Notes under the pieces: generated by a model | Databases searched by the model: none | The model's input: only the letters and a program-made list of their open reading frames with translations | What the model was told of the DNA's origin: nothing | Made by a program: the position numbers and the translations under genes | NCBI GenBank assembly: GCA_031409335.1 | Contig: JANNWY010000316.1 | Span: 1-64,000 of the forward strand | DNA length: 64,000 nucleotides | DNA from: Chthoniobacteraceae bacterium | GTDB lineage: Bacteria; Verrucomicrobiota; Verrucomicrobiia; Chthoniobacterales; Chthoniobacteraceae | Reading direction: 5' to 3' | Shown here: positions 47,424-55,574 of the stretch, one piece after another | Position numbering within the stretch: position 1 is the first letter of the stretch | Layout: the number at the start of each line of letters is the position of its first letter

Positions 47424-47653
47424 TCGCAGCGTTATTGGCAGGCTGTCAACAACAACGCCAATAGCGGATTCCGTTAGCTGTTGGCGGCCCCTCGCCTTGG
47501 CGTGCTGCGGCCAGCAACTAACGAAGTCGCCACGCGAAGGCGGCGCGCGTAAGGCCCCCCTTTTCCCTCCCGATGGGCGAACCCCTGCACGCGGAGCCGG
47601 AGGGCGGTCGATTCCTTTCCTGATTCAAAAACAAGGGCCAAGAACCTCACTAA

Positions 47654-48157
47654 AAACCGGGCTCGAAAGCGCGCGAAAATGGGTGTCATCAGGGGGAAAT
47701 CCATGAAGGGGAAAGGCAGCACGCCGAAAACGGGAGTACGGAGCATTCAGGTCGCGAGTCCTGCGCTGGTTGCCGGCGGTAGCCGATGAGGGGAAACGTC
47801 CCCGCAGGGTAATTCCATGCAGGGTAAAGGCTACCCGTAGAAAACGGGGGGGTACGGAGCATCCGGGCCGCGAGTCTCGCGCCGGGTGTCGGCGGCAACC
47901 GATCAGAGGAAAAAGCACCCCCATCAGGGATAATCCCGAATCAAACGCGAGGGCCGAGAGTCCACTCGAAACCGGCCTCGAATACGGGCGAAAATGTGGG
48001 TCGAGAGGGGCTAAGACCAGGGGGGCTAAGATTTGCACGTTGAAAACGGGGGGCTGGTCTCGCGCCGGGTGCGAGCGGAAACCGATAGCGCAAAACGCAC
48101 CCCGGCGAGGGTAATTCCATAAGGGGTAAAGCCTGCACGCCGAAAATGGGGCCGGGT
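47654..48157. repeat. Degenerate ~115-bp tandem repeats with AGGGKAA iteron-like cores; candidate replication origin
   Basis: Recurrent AGGG(G/T)AA(A/T)TCCAT..AGGG.AAAG..GCACGCCGAAAA.GGG and GTCTCGCGCCGGGTG blocks immediately downstream of the helicase. Confidence 0.75.
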
Positions 48158-48243
48158 GCGGCCCACATGGGTTCGCGCACGCAGGCGCAACGACCGGGCA
48201 ATTGGGCGCGGCGTGTGACAGCCGAGCCCCCATTTCCGAACGG

Positions 48244-50760
48244 TCAATTTCGCCGCGAACGGAAGAACCGCTTGGCCTGCCTTTCGATCGAGTAAAAGCG
48301 CGTGATCACACCCCCCGTGCCGATGACGATCGGTTCGATCGTCTGCCAGTTCGCGAGATCCGTGGACGCTTCGATCCGGTAGCTGATTCCGTTGGCCGCG
48401 TTGAAGCGATACTCGGCCGCCGTGCGGATGCTCGACAACGCATCAGGGGTGCTCGCCGCGGACGTGGGGCTGAATCCGGTCGAAACTTCAAAGCCGTCGT
48501 CGAAGCCATCGCCGTCCGTGTCGGCAACGGCTGGGTTGGTGTGGTAGGAATTCAGTTCATCGCCGTCGTTGAGGCCGTCGCCGTCGGAGTCAGGATTGGT
48601 CGGGCTGGTGCCTGTGTCCTCGGCGGACACAAAGGTTCCGGTCCCCGTTTCAAACCGATCACGGATTCCGTCGCCATCGGTGTCCGGGTCTTCGAGGGCG
48701 TTGAGTTGCTGGATGTCGGAGGCCGAGAGCGCACGGTTGTAGATGCGCACTTCATCGAGGCTGCCGGGGTAGAAGTTGGATGCATACCCTTCGACCCCGA
48801 TACCCATTGTCAGCGGGCTCAACGCCGTGTTGATCGTTTCGCTTTCGGTATGCTTCAGCGCGCCGTCGAGATAGATCGCGAGAGTGCCGCCGTCGTAGGT
48901 CAGGCAGACGTGGTGCCACTTCGTATCCACGACCACGCCGGAATCCACCCCAAGTCCGCCTCCGTATGTCTTGCCCGCCCAAGTGTAGGGATCACCGTTG
49001 TTCATAATCCCAAACGCCCGTCCGTTCTGCGGGAGCCCCCACTCCACCAACCCGACACCGCGAGAGGGATCGGGCCGCGCCTTCGCCCACAGGCTGACCG
49101 TCCGGGGTGCGCTGCCGACTGGCAGGTTGGGAACCGTGGCCGTCATCTGGTCATTGATGCCATCGAAGTCGAACGCCCGGCTGGGCTGACGGAATCGGTC
49201 GGTGACGAGTGAAGCTCCGCTCACAATCGCGTGTGCTCCTCCCGCCTCCCGGTCCTGCGCATTTCCGTCGAACGGATAATACACCAGCAAGCCCCGCCAA
49301 AGGCCCGTGGGCACTCCGTTGATTTCGAGAAGGGCGGCGTTCGTCGTCGTCGTTCCGTTGGAATGAGTGATCGCCACCGAGTAGCCTCCAATGTCCCACG
49401 GGTGGGCGCTCGGGATCGTGTAGGAGCTTGCCGTCGCGCCGGGAATATCCACCCCGTCTTTTTTCCACTGGTAGCCCGTTGGCGTGATGCCGGTCGCAGC
49501 GACGCTAAACGTGACCGCCGACCCAAGGTTGACGGTCTGAGATACGGGCTCGCTGATTCGGAACCCCTCGTAGCGCGCCAGTGCGAAGTCCCATTCGCCA
49601 GAATTCGGCCCGAAGTAGTTCCCTCTGGCATATCCCGCGGCGACGATACTGCCGTCGGGCTGTATCGCCACTCCACTCGCAGTGTCCCCGCCACTGTCGA
49701 AGTTGGTGATCAACTTCCCGCTTCCATTAAAGCTCGTGTCGAGGCTCCCGTTGGCGTTGTACCGTGCGAGTGCGAAGGCCGTATCCGTGCCGGAGACCAC
49801 CGAAGATCCTGCGACGACAATGCTCCCGTCATTTTGCAACGCCACGCTGTTGCCTAAGTCGTCGCCGCCATTGAAGTCGGTGGTCACCTTTCCTGTCCCG
49901 TTGAAGCTCGTATCCAGGCTGCCGTCGGTGTTGTAGCGCGCCATTGCGAAGTCGTAGCTGTTGCCATCGTGGGAACGCCCTGCAACCACGATTTTGCCGT
50001 CGTTTTGCAACGCCACGCTGTTGCCATAGTCGCCTCCGCCATTGAAGTCGGTGGTCACCTTGCCGGTTCCGTTGAAACTCGTATCGAGACTCCCGTTGGC
50101 GTTGTAGCGCGCGAGAGCAAACTTACCAGCCGAATATCCAGCAACGACGATCTTCCCATCGGATTGTAGCACTACGCTTCGAGCCCAGTCGTAGCTGTTG
50201 TTAAAGTCAGTTCTCAAGAAACCGCTGCCATTGAAAGTCGTGTCCATGCTTCCGTTCGCGTTGAACCGGGAAAGCGCGAAATCGGAGTCGGGATAGAGGG
50301 TCGATACCCCAGCGACCACGATCTTCCCGTCGCTCTGGATTGCCACGCTCTGGCTGCCTCCCGAACTGAATTTCACCTTGCCAGTGCCGTTGAAGCTCGT
50401 GTCTAGACTCCCATTGGCGTTGAAGCGGGCAAGCGCGGAAAAACTACCGGAAATCCCCGCGACGACGATTTTCTCATCGCTCTGGAGTGCGACGCTATAG
50501 GCGGTGTCCGTGCCGTTGGCGTCTGCATCAATGAACGTCGTAACTGTTCCCCAGGCGCTCGTCCCCGCTCCGCCAACAAAGCCGGTGTCCAAGCTGCCGC
50601 TTCCATAGAGGTGAATATCGGTGGTCACCTTCCCGGTGCCAGCAAACGTGAGATCGAGATCGCCCGGCCCGGCGGTGGCCGGGTGAGTGGACGCCGCGAG
50701 CGCGGCGCAAAAAAGGGCAACCAACTTCGCGAGTGCAGCATTCCGGGGGGTCGTTTTCAT
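48244..50760 (-). CDS. Secreted delta-60-repeat / Ig / LamG / DxDxDG-repeat surface protein
   Basis: Signal peptide; repeated SVALQ.DGKIVVAG..FALARYN.NGSLDTSFNGTGK; P.SQTV..G..VTFSV Ig; YPFDG..WHHV..LDEVRIYNRALS LamG; DTDGDG repeats. Confidence 0.92.
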   Translation of the reverse strand: MKTTPRNAALAKLVALFCAALAASTHPATAGPGDLDLTFAGTGKVTTDIHLYGSGSLDTGFVGGAGTSAWGTVTTFIDADANGTDTAYSVALQSDEKIVVAGISGSFSALARFNANGSLDTSFNGTGKVKFSSGGSQSVAIQSDGKIVVAGVSTLYPDSDFALSRFNANGSMDTTFNGSGFLRTDFNNSYDWARSVVLQSDGKIVVAGYSAGKFALARYNANGSLDTSFNGTGKVTTDFNGGGDYGNSVALQNDGKIVVAGRSHDGNSYDFAMARYNTDGSLDTSFNGTGKVTTDFNGGDDLGNSVALQNDGSIVVAGSSVVSGTDTAFALARYNANGSLDTSFNGSGKLITNFDSGGDTASGVAIQPDGSIVAAGYARGNYFGPNSGEWDFALARYEGFRISEPVSQTVNLGSAVTFSVAATGITPTGYQWKKDGVDIPGATASSYTIPSAHPWDIGGYSVAITHSNGTTTTNAALLEINGVPTGLWRGLLVYYPFDGNAQDREAGGAHAIVSGASLVTDRFRQPSRAFDFDGINDQMTATVPNLPVGSAPRTVSLWAKARPDPSRGVGLVEWGLPQNGRAFGIMNNGDPYTWAGKTYGGGLGVDSGVVVDTKWHHVCLTYDGGTLAIYLDGALKHTESETINTALSPLTMGIGVEGYASNFYPGSLDEVRIYNRALSASDIQQLNALEDPDTDGDGIRDRFETGTGTFVSAEDTGTSPTNPDSDGDGLNDGDELNSYHTNPAVADTDGDGFDDGFEVSTGFSPTSAASTPDALSSIRTAAEYRFNAANGISYRIEASTDLANWQTIEPIVIGTGGVITRFYSIERQAKRFFRSRRN

Positions 50761-50907
50761 GCGCCTTTTTCGCAGAATGCGCGCGCGGGTCAATCGGCGA
50801 GCGCACGGAAGGGGCTATTGCGCGCAGCGTGTCGCACGGTGAGGGGCACTTGCGCGACCGCGATGGGGGGCCGGGGGACGCCATCTTCAACCCAAAAGCG
50901 GGGTCGG

Positions 50908-50993
50908 AAACCGGACGCAGAACGGCGTCAAAAGAAGTGGGCCAAGGGGGGAAAGCCAAGGGGGGTAAAATTTGCACGCGCAAACGCGCGGGG
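50908..50993. repeat. Isolated copy of the 47654-48157 repeat unit
   Basis: AAACCGG..AAAAG..GTGGG..AAGGGGGGAAAGCCAAGGGGGGTAAAATTTGCACG aligns with 47969-48052. Confidence 0.6.
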
Positions 50994-51281
50994 TGTATGC
51001 CCCATGATTCGCGCACGCACGCGCAACGTCAGGACGATTGCGTGCGGAAGCGCGAACGGCAAGATGCCCGATGCGCCGGGGAATTGCGTTGTCCTTTACC
51101 CCGCCTTTTCGACGCCCGTTTTTTTCAAAATCGGAAGACCTGGAAATCGGCAACCGGCACGCGCGAGTCGGCACGCGCGAGTGTGAAAGCGGGCGGCGGC
51201 CTGAACCGCCAGATGCGACGGGTTTTCGAGCGATGCGTCGGGCGGTGGGGCCTGTGCCGCGGTTGGAATACGCTGGCTGCG

Positions 51282-51659
51282 TCAAGCCTTTGGCGGGTGC
51301 TGAATCAGCGCCCGCTCCATCTTCTGCACGAGGAAGGCGGCACCGGGATTTCCGTATTCCTTTTTGTGGTGCAGGAAGAGGAGAAAGACGCACCGCTTTT
51401 CCTTGTGGATCGCGTAATAGACGCGCCACGCCGCCGACGCACTGAGCCGGTGGCAACTGTCCTTGCAGCGCGCCTTGAACACCGGGAGCGGCAGTTTTTT
51501 CAGGCCCGGAACGTGATCGCCCATCTGCTCCGGTGCCTCTGCGAGCCGCCCGGCCAGCCATGCCAAATCTTCGGGGAGCTTTTTGTGTCCGTCCTTCACG
51601 TAGCCCGCGACGAGCGCCGCGAACGCGGGCGTTTCGACGACGGCAAATGGACTCGCCAC
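51282..51659 (-). CDS. RelE/HigB-like toxin
   Basis: VVETPAF, L...P..GD..PG, FKAR, RVYY, LL....K.E; directly downstream of the antitoxin. Confidence 0.75.
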   Translation of the reverse strand: MASPFAVVETPAFAALVAGYVKDGHKKLPEDLAWLAGRLAEAPEQMGDHVPGLKKLPLPVFKARCKDSCHRLSASAAWRVYYAIHKEKRCVFLLFLHHKKEYGNPGAAFLVQKMERALIQHPPKA

Positions 51660-51670
51660 GATCGTCCGGG

Positions 51671-52231
51671 TTACGCCAGCGCCGCGAGGTATCCGGCCAG
51701 CGCTTTCGAGCTGGCCAGCGCTTCATCAAGCGGTTCGGCTCCGATGGGCGTGCGATACTCCGCCAGTTCGTAGTCGATGGTCTTGCCGTCCTGCGTGCCT
51801 GCCCACGGCGCTTCCGCGTGCGTGGCCGCTTCGATCTGCGCGGCGGTCGCGTCCGCCCAATCCGTCGCCACCTTTTCAAGCGTCTGCATCTCCGCGCCGG
51901 TGAAAACATTCGGGTCGAACTTCGCGCCGAGCGTGATGAGCCGGTGCTGCGCATAGTCGCCCACGGGCACCTTGACCTGCTTGACCAGTCCGCGGGATTC
52001 CATCCGCTTGATGAGCTTTTCCGCGTCCTTCGGGTAAGGGCCGTGCAGGAGCTTGCGATACACCGCGCCCGTCACGGGTCGTCCGTATTTCTCCAAGTGG
52101 TCGAAGTCCACGAAGTAAAGGAGCTTCATCAGCTTGGTGCGCCCGAGGTGGACGTTGTTGATGCGCTCCAGGAAATACAGGATGACCTGCTGCATTTTCT
52201 CTTCCGAGAATTTTGGCGGTTGGTCGTTCAC
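51671..52231 (-). CDS. Panacea-domain (DUF4065/SocA/GepA-like) antitoxin
   Basis: TKLMKLLYF.D....YG..VTG..Y....HGPYP, TH.E.PW; GTG start inferred. Confidence 0.88.
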   Translation of the reverse strand: MNDQPPKFSEEKMQQVILYFLERINNVHLGRTKLMKLLYFVDFDHLEKYGRPVTGAVYRKLLHGPYPKDAEKLIKRMESRGLVKQVKVPVGDYAQHRLITLGAKFDPNVFTGAEMQTLEKVATDWADATAAQIEAATHAEAPWAGTQDGKTIDYELAEYRTPIGAEPLDEALASSKALAGYLAALA

Positions 52232-52405
52232 AGAATCATGTGAACCACGCGGCGGGCTTGTCGTCAAACTTCGCACGCTTTCCCCACGATCGCTTTTGGC
52301 GCGCGCGACCCGTTCGACATGCCCGGCGTGGGTGGCGTGCGCGCGATCGAAACAAGCACGCCCGAGCAACGGTGCGGTGGCAGGGTTTGGTGTGGCAGAC
52401 GAATC

Positions 52406-52439
52406 GTTGCCGAATCCGTTGCCGAATGGCTGCCGAATA
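52406..52439. repeat. Three TGCCGAAT direct repeats; probable integrase arm-type sites
   Basis: GTTGCCGAATCC GTTGCCGAATGG CTGCCGAATA, ~100 bp inside the tRNA-proximal end. Confidence 0.65.
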
Positions 52440-52541
52440 GAGTGCGTTTTTCGGCGTTTCCATGCGTTACGCTGCGCAATGGACTTTTACAGTGAATCGT
52501 CCGGAAACCCTGTATCCATCAGCTTTCCAGAGTGATTGATC

Positions 52542-52616
52542 TGGAGCCAGTGACGGGATTCGAACCCGTGACCTGCTGTTTACGAAACAGCTGCTCTACC
52601 CCTGAGCTACACTGGC
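52542..52616 (-). tRNA. tRNA-Thr(CGT)
   Basis: GCCAGTG acceptor stem, TAGCTCAG D-arm, anticodon loop TTCGTAA, GGTTCGAATCC T-arm, encoded CCA; 75 nt. Confidence 0.97.
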
Positions 52617-53010
52617 GTGGCGATTCAGAAGCGCGGAAGGTAATGCAGAAGAGTCGCAGGCGGCAAGCGGGATTTCCCGCATCGCAAGGTGCCCGCGTTT
52701 GCGAATCCAGTTGTGGACGCTCAAGAGGTTGTTCAGTGCCTGGCGGAGTCTGGAGATAGGGGGAATGCGAGGAAAGGGGTCAGCAAGAATCTCGACATTG
52801 AGAGCGATGCACGGAGTCGGAACCGAGCCAGGCTTTTCCCGAAATGCAAAGCAGGCGAGGCAGCAACGCGGGAGACCGTGCGGGATTTCTGCGGCGCGGT
52901 TTTCGCGAGGCCCGCGTTTTCGCGCGGTGTGAAATAAACCGGGATTTATTCCACGTTTAGGCGGGCGTTTATGAGCCGGTGTTTTGATTCGGATGTCACC
53001 CACACCACCT

Positions 53011-54396
53011 ATGAGATCAATCATCCCGCGCGTTTCTGTGAAAGCCGCCATCCTCGCCGTCGCACTCGCTGCCAGTGCGCCGGATGCCTTCAGCCAGCTC
53101 GCGGGCGAAGCTGCGGCAATTGTCGCTCCCGGTGCCGCCGCAAACAGCGTCATCGTCACCGTGAACGATCCCGGAAACCATGTTTGGAAACTGCAAAGTT
53201 CACCCGACTTCCAAACTTGGACCGATGTCGCCACGATCAAAGTTCACAACGGACACTTCCAGCAAACGCTGACGCACAGCCCGTCCGCGCCGGGTTTGTT
53301 CTTCCGCCATTTCTACTCCAGCGCGGTCGCGAATATCCCGAGCACCACAACGAACGCGCTGCTGCTGCCTGCGGCACCGTTCAACTACGCCGCGCCCATC
53401 CTCCCGCCACATCTGCGAACGCCGCTCATCGTCGGCCAGATCAATACGCCGGCGACCAACCCCATCACCGACCTCGGCGCGAAACTCGGGCGTGTGCTGT
53501 TTTGGGACAAACGTCTTTCGCTCAACCAAACCGTCTCCTGCGCGTCGTGTCACCGACCGGAACACGGCTTTTCCGATCCACGAAAATTCAGCGTCGGATT
53601 TCAGGGCGGACTCACCGGGCGGAATTCGATGGGACTTTCCAGCAACCGCTACTACCTGCGCCGCGCATACTTTTGGGATGAACGCGCGGCCACCCTCGAA
53701 GATCAGGTGCTCCAGCCGATTCAAAACGCCGTGGAGATGGGCATGACGCTGCCCGCGCTCGAAGCCCGCCTCGGGGCCGAGCCGTTTTACACCGACCTTT
53801 TCAATCAAGTCTTCGGCACGCCCGCCGTCACTTCCGCCCGCATTTCGCGAGCGCTCGCGCAGTTCGTCCGCTCGATCATTTCCACGCAGACGAAATACGA
53901 TGCCGGAGTCCCGATCAATTTCACGAATTTCACGGCGCAGGAAAATCAAGGCCGGCAGATTTTCGGTGGAGTGGGAAACTGCGTGGCCTGCCACGGCAGC
54001 GATAATTTTGTCCCCGGCAATGCGATCAACAACAACGGCCTCGAAAATCCCTACATCGACAAGGGCGTCGGCGCGCTTACCGGACGCCCGCAGGACGAAG
54101 GTCTGTTCAAAGTCCCCTCGCTCCGCAACATCGCTCTCACTGCGCCCTACATGCACGACGGGCGTTTCGCGACGCTGGAAGAAGTCGTGGAATTCTACAA
54201 CAGCGGCGTCGTCAATCACCCCAACCTCTCGCCCCCGCTGCGCAACCCGCCCGGCGGCCCCGGCGGCGGCCAGCCGCGTCGCCTGAATCTGACCGCCGCG
54301 CAAAAAGCCGCGCTGATCGCCTTCCTTAGAACGTTAACCGATACTAACGTTACGACCGATCCGAAGTTCGCCGATCCGTTTAACTACGGGAATTGA
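53011..54396 (+). CDS. Di-haem cytochrome c peroxidase (CCP/MauG family), exported
   Basis: LGRVLFWDKRLS, CASCH, FWD.RA..LE.Q...PI....EMG, CVACH, FKVPSLRN...TAPYMHDG. Confidence 0.93.
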   Translation: MRSIIPRVSVKAAILAVALAASAPDAFSQLAGEAAAIVAPGAAANSVIVTVNDPGNHVWKLQSSPDFQTWTDVATIKVHNGHFQQTLTHSPSAPGLFFRHFYSSAVANIPSTTTNALLLPAAPFNYAAPILPPHLRTPLIVGQINTPATNPITDLGAKLGRVLFWDKRLSLNQTVSCASCHRPEHGFSDPRKFSVGFQGGLTGRNSMGLSSNRYYLRRAYFWDERAATLEDQVLQPIQNAVEMGMTLPALEARLGAEPFYTDLFNQVFGTPAVTSARISRALAQFVRSIISTQTKYDAGVPINFTNFTAQENQGRQIFGGVGNCVACHGSDNFVPGNAINNNGLENPYIDKGVGALTGRPQDEGLFKVPSLRNIALTAPYMHDGRFATLEEVVEFYNSGVVNHPNLSPPLRNPPGGPGGGQPRRLNLTAAQKAALIAFLRTLTDTNVTTDPKFADPFNYGN

Positions 54397-54450
54397 TTGG
54401 CCCGCACTTCGCACTTTCCCAAATGTGTGCCGCCGCGCCACATTGCGCGG

Positions 54451-55533
54451 ATGGATTCACACGCAAAAACTTTTCTCTACGACCTCCTCGACACGCCCAG
54501 CCCGACCGGATTTGAAATCGCGGGTCAGCGAAAGTGGGCGGCTTATGTGAAAAAATTCGCGGATCGTGTGGAGAACGATGCTTACGGATCGGCGTGGGCC
54601 ACAATCGAAGGCTCGGGGAAAAAGCCGCGCCGCGTCATGCTGGAGGCGCACGCGGACGAGATTGGTTTCATCGTGAAACACATCACGAAAGAAGGCTGGC
54701 TGCGGCTCGATCGCGTGGGTGGTTCGGACACGGCGACAGCGCGGGGGCGGCGGTTGCAAATCCTCGGCGAAGATGGGCCGGTGCTCGGCATCATCGGCAA
54801 TACGGCGATCCATTTGCGCAAGGACAGCCTCGGCGACGAGAAGGCGCCGAAGATTCACGAGCTTTACGTGGATGTGGGTGCGTCGAACGCCACGGATGTG
54901 AAGAAGCTCGGGCTGCGCGTGGGTCATCCGGCGGTGTATGTCGATGCGGCGATTCCTTTCGGGAAAAATCGCATCGTGGGCCGGGCGCTCGATAATCGCA
55001 TGGGTGGCTTCATCATTGCGCAGGTCATCGCGAAACTCAGCCGCGCGAAGAAGAAACCGCAGGCAACGGTCATCGCGGTGAATGCGGTGCAGGAGGAAAT
55101 CGGCGGGCACGGCGCGAAGATGGCCGCGCACCGCATCGCGCCGGATGTGTGCATCGTCCTCGATGTGACCCATGCGACCGATACGCCGGGGATCGAGCCC
55201 GCGCAGCACGGCGAAGTGACGCTCGGCGGCGGGCCGAGCGTGACGCATGGGACGTGCAATCACCCACTCGTCGTCGAGCGCCTGCTGAAATGCGCGCACC
55301 AGCTCGACATCCCGATCCAGCACGAATCCTCCTCGCGCTACAGCGGCACGGATACGGACGTGATCTTTACGACGCGCGATGGCATCCCGTGCGGCCTCGT
55401 GTCACTGCCACTGCGCTACATGCATAGCATCGTCGAAATGGCGGACCTCAAGGACGTGCAGCAGGTCATCGACTTGCTGGTCGCGTTCGTGGAGTCGGTG
55501 GGGGCAGGGGATGAGTTTGCGGTGAAACTGTGA
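54451..55533 (+). CDS. M42-family metallopeptidase
   Basis: PSP.G.E, AHADEIG, ALDNR.G, QEEIG, DVTHA.D, GTD.D, LRYMHS. Confidence 0.92.
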   Translation: MDSHAKTFLYDLLDTPSPTGFEIAGQRKWAAYVKKFADRVENDAYGSAWATIEGSGKKPRRVMLEAHADEIGFIVKHITKEGWLRLDRVGGSDTATARGRRLQILGEDGPVLGIIGNTAIHLRKDSLGDEKAPKIHELYVDVGASNATDVKKLGLRVGHPAVYVDAAIPFGKNRIVGRALDNRMGGFIIAQVIAKLSRAKKKPQATVIAVNAVQEEIGGHGAKMAAHRIAPDVCIVLDVTHATDTPGIEPAQHGEVTLGGGPSVTHGTCNHPLVVERLLKCAHQLDIPIQHESSSRYSGTDTDVIFTTRDGIPCGLVSLPLRYMHSIVEMADLKDVQQVIDLLVAFVESVGAGDEFAVKL

Positions 55534-55574
55534 GCGACGATGGGGCGTGGAAGGCTGCTTGTGCCACATCTTCT

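Larger units (their letters stand above)
42912..52589. mobile_element. Integrative element (satellite/integrative-plasmid-like) in tRNA-Thr
   Basis: Bounded by the tRNA 3' duplication. Contains int, xis, primase, helicase, repeats, adhesin and TA genes; no capsid, terminase or conjugation genes. Confidence 0.9.

Noticed and set aside
47654..48157. ORFs over the repeat field, and a CRISPR interpretation
   Set aside because: ORFs are low-complexity translations of repeats; the units are long and degenerate without unique spacers.
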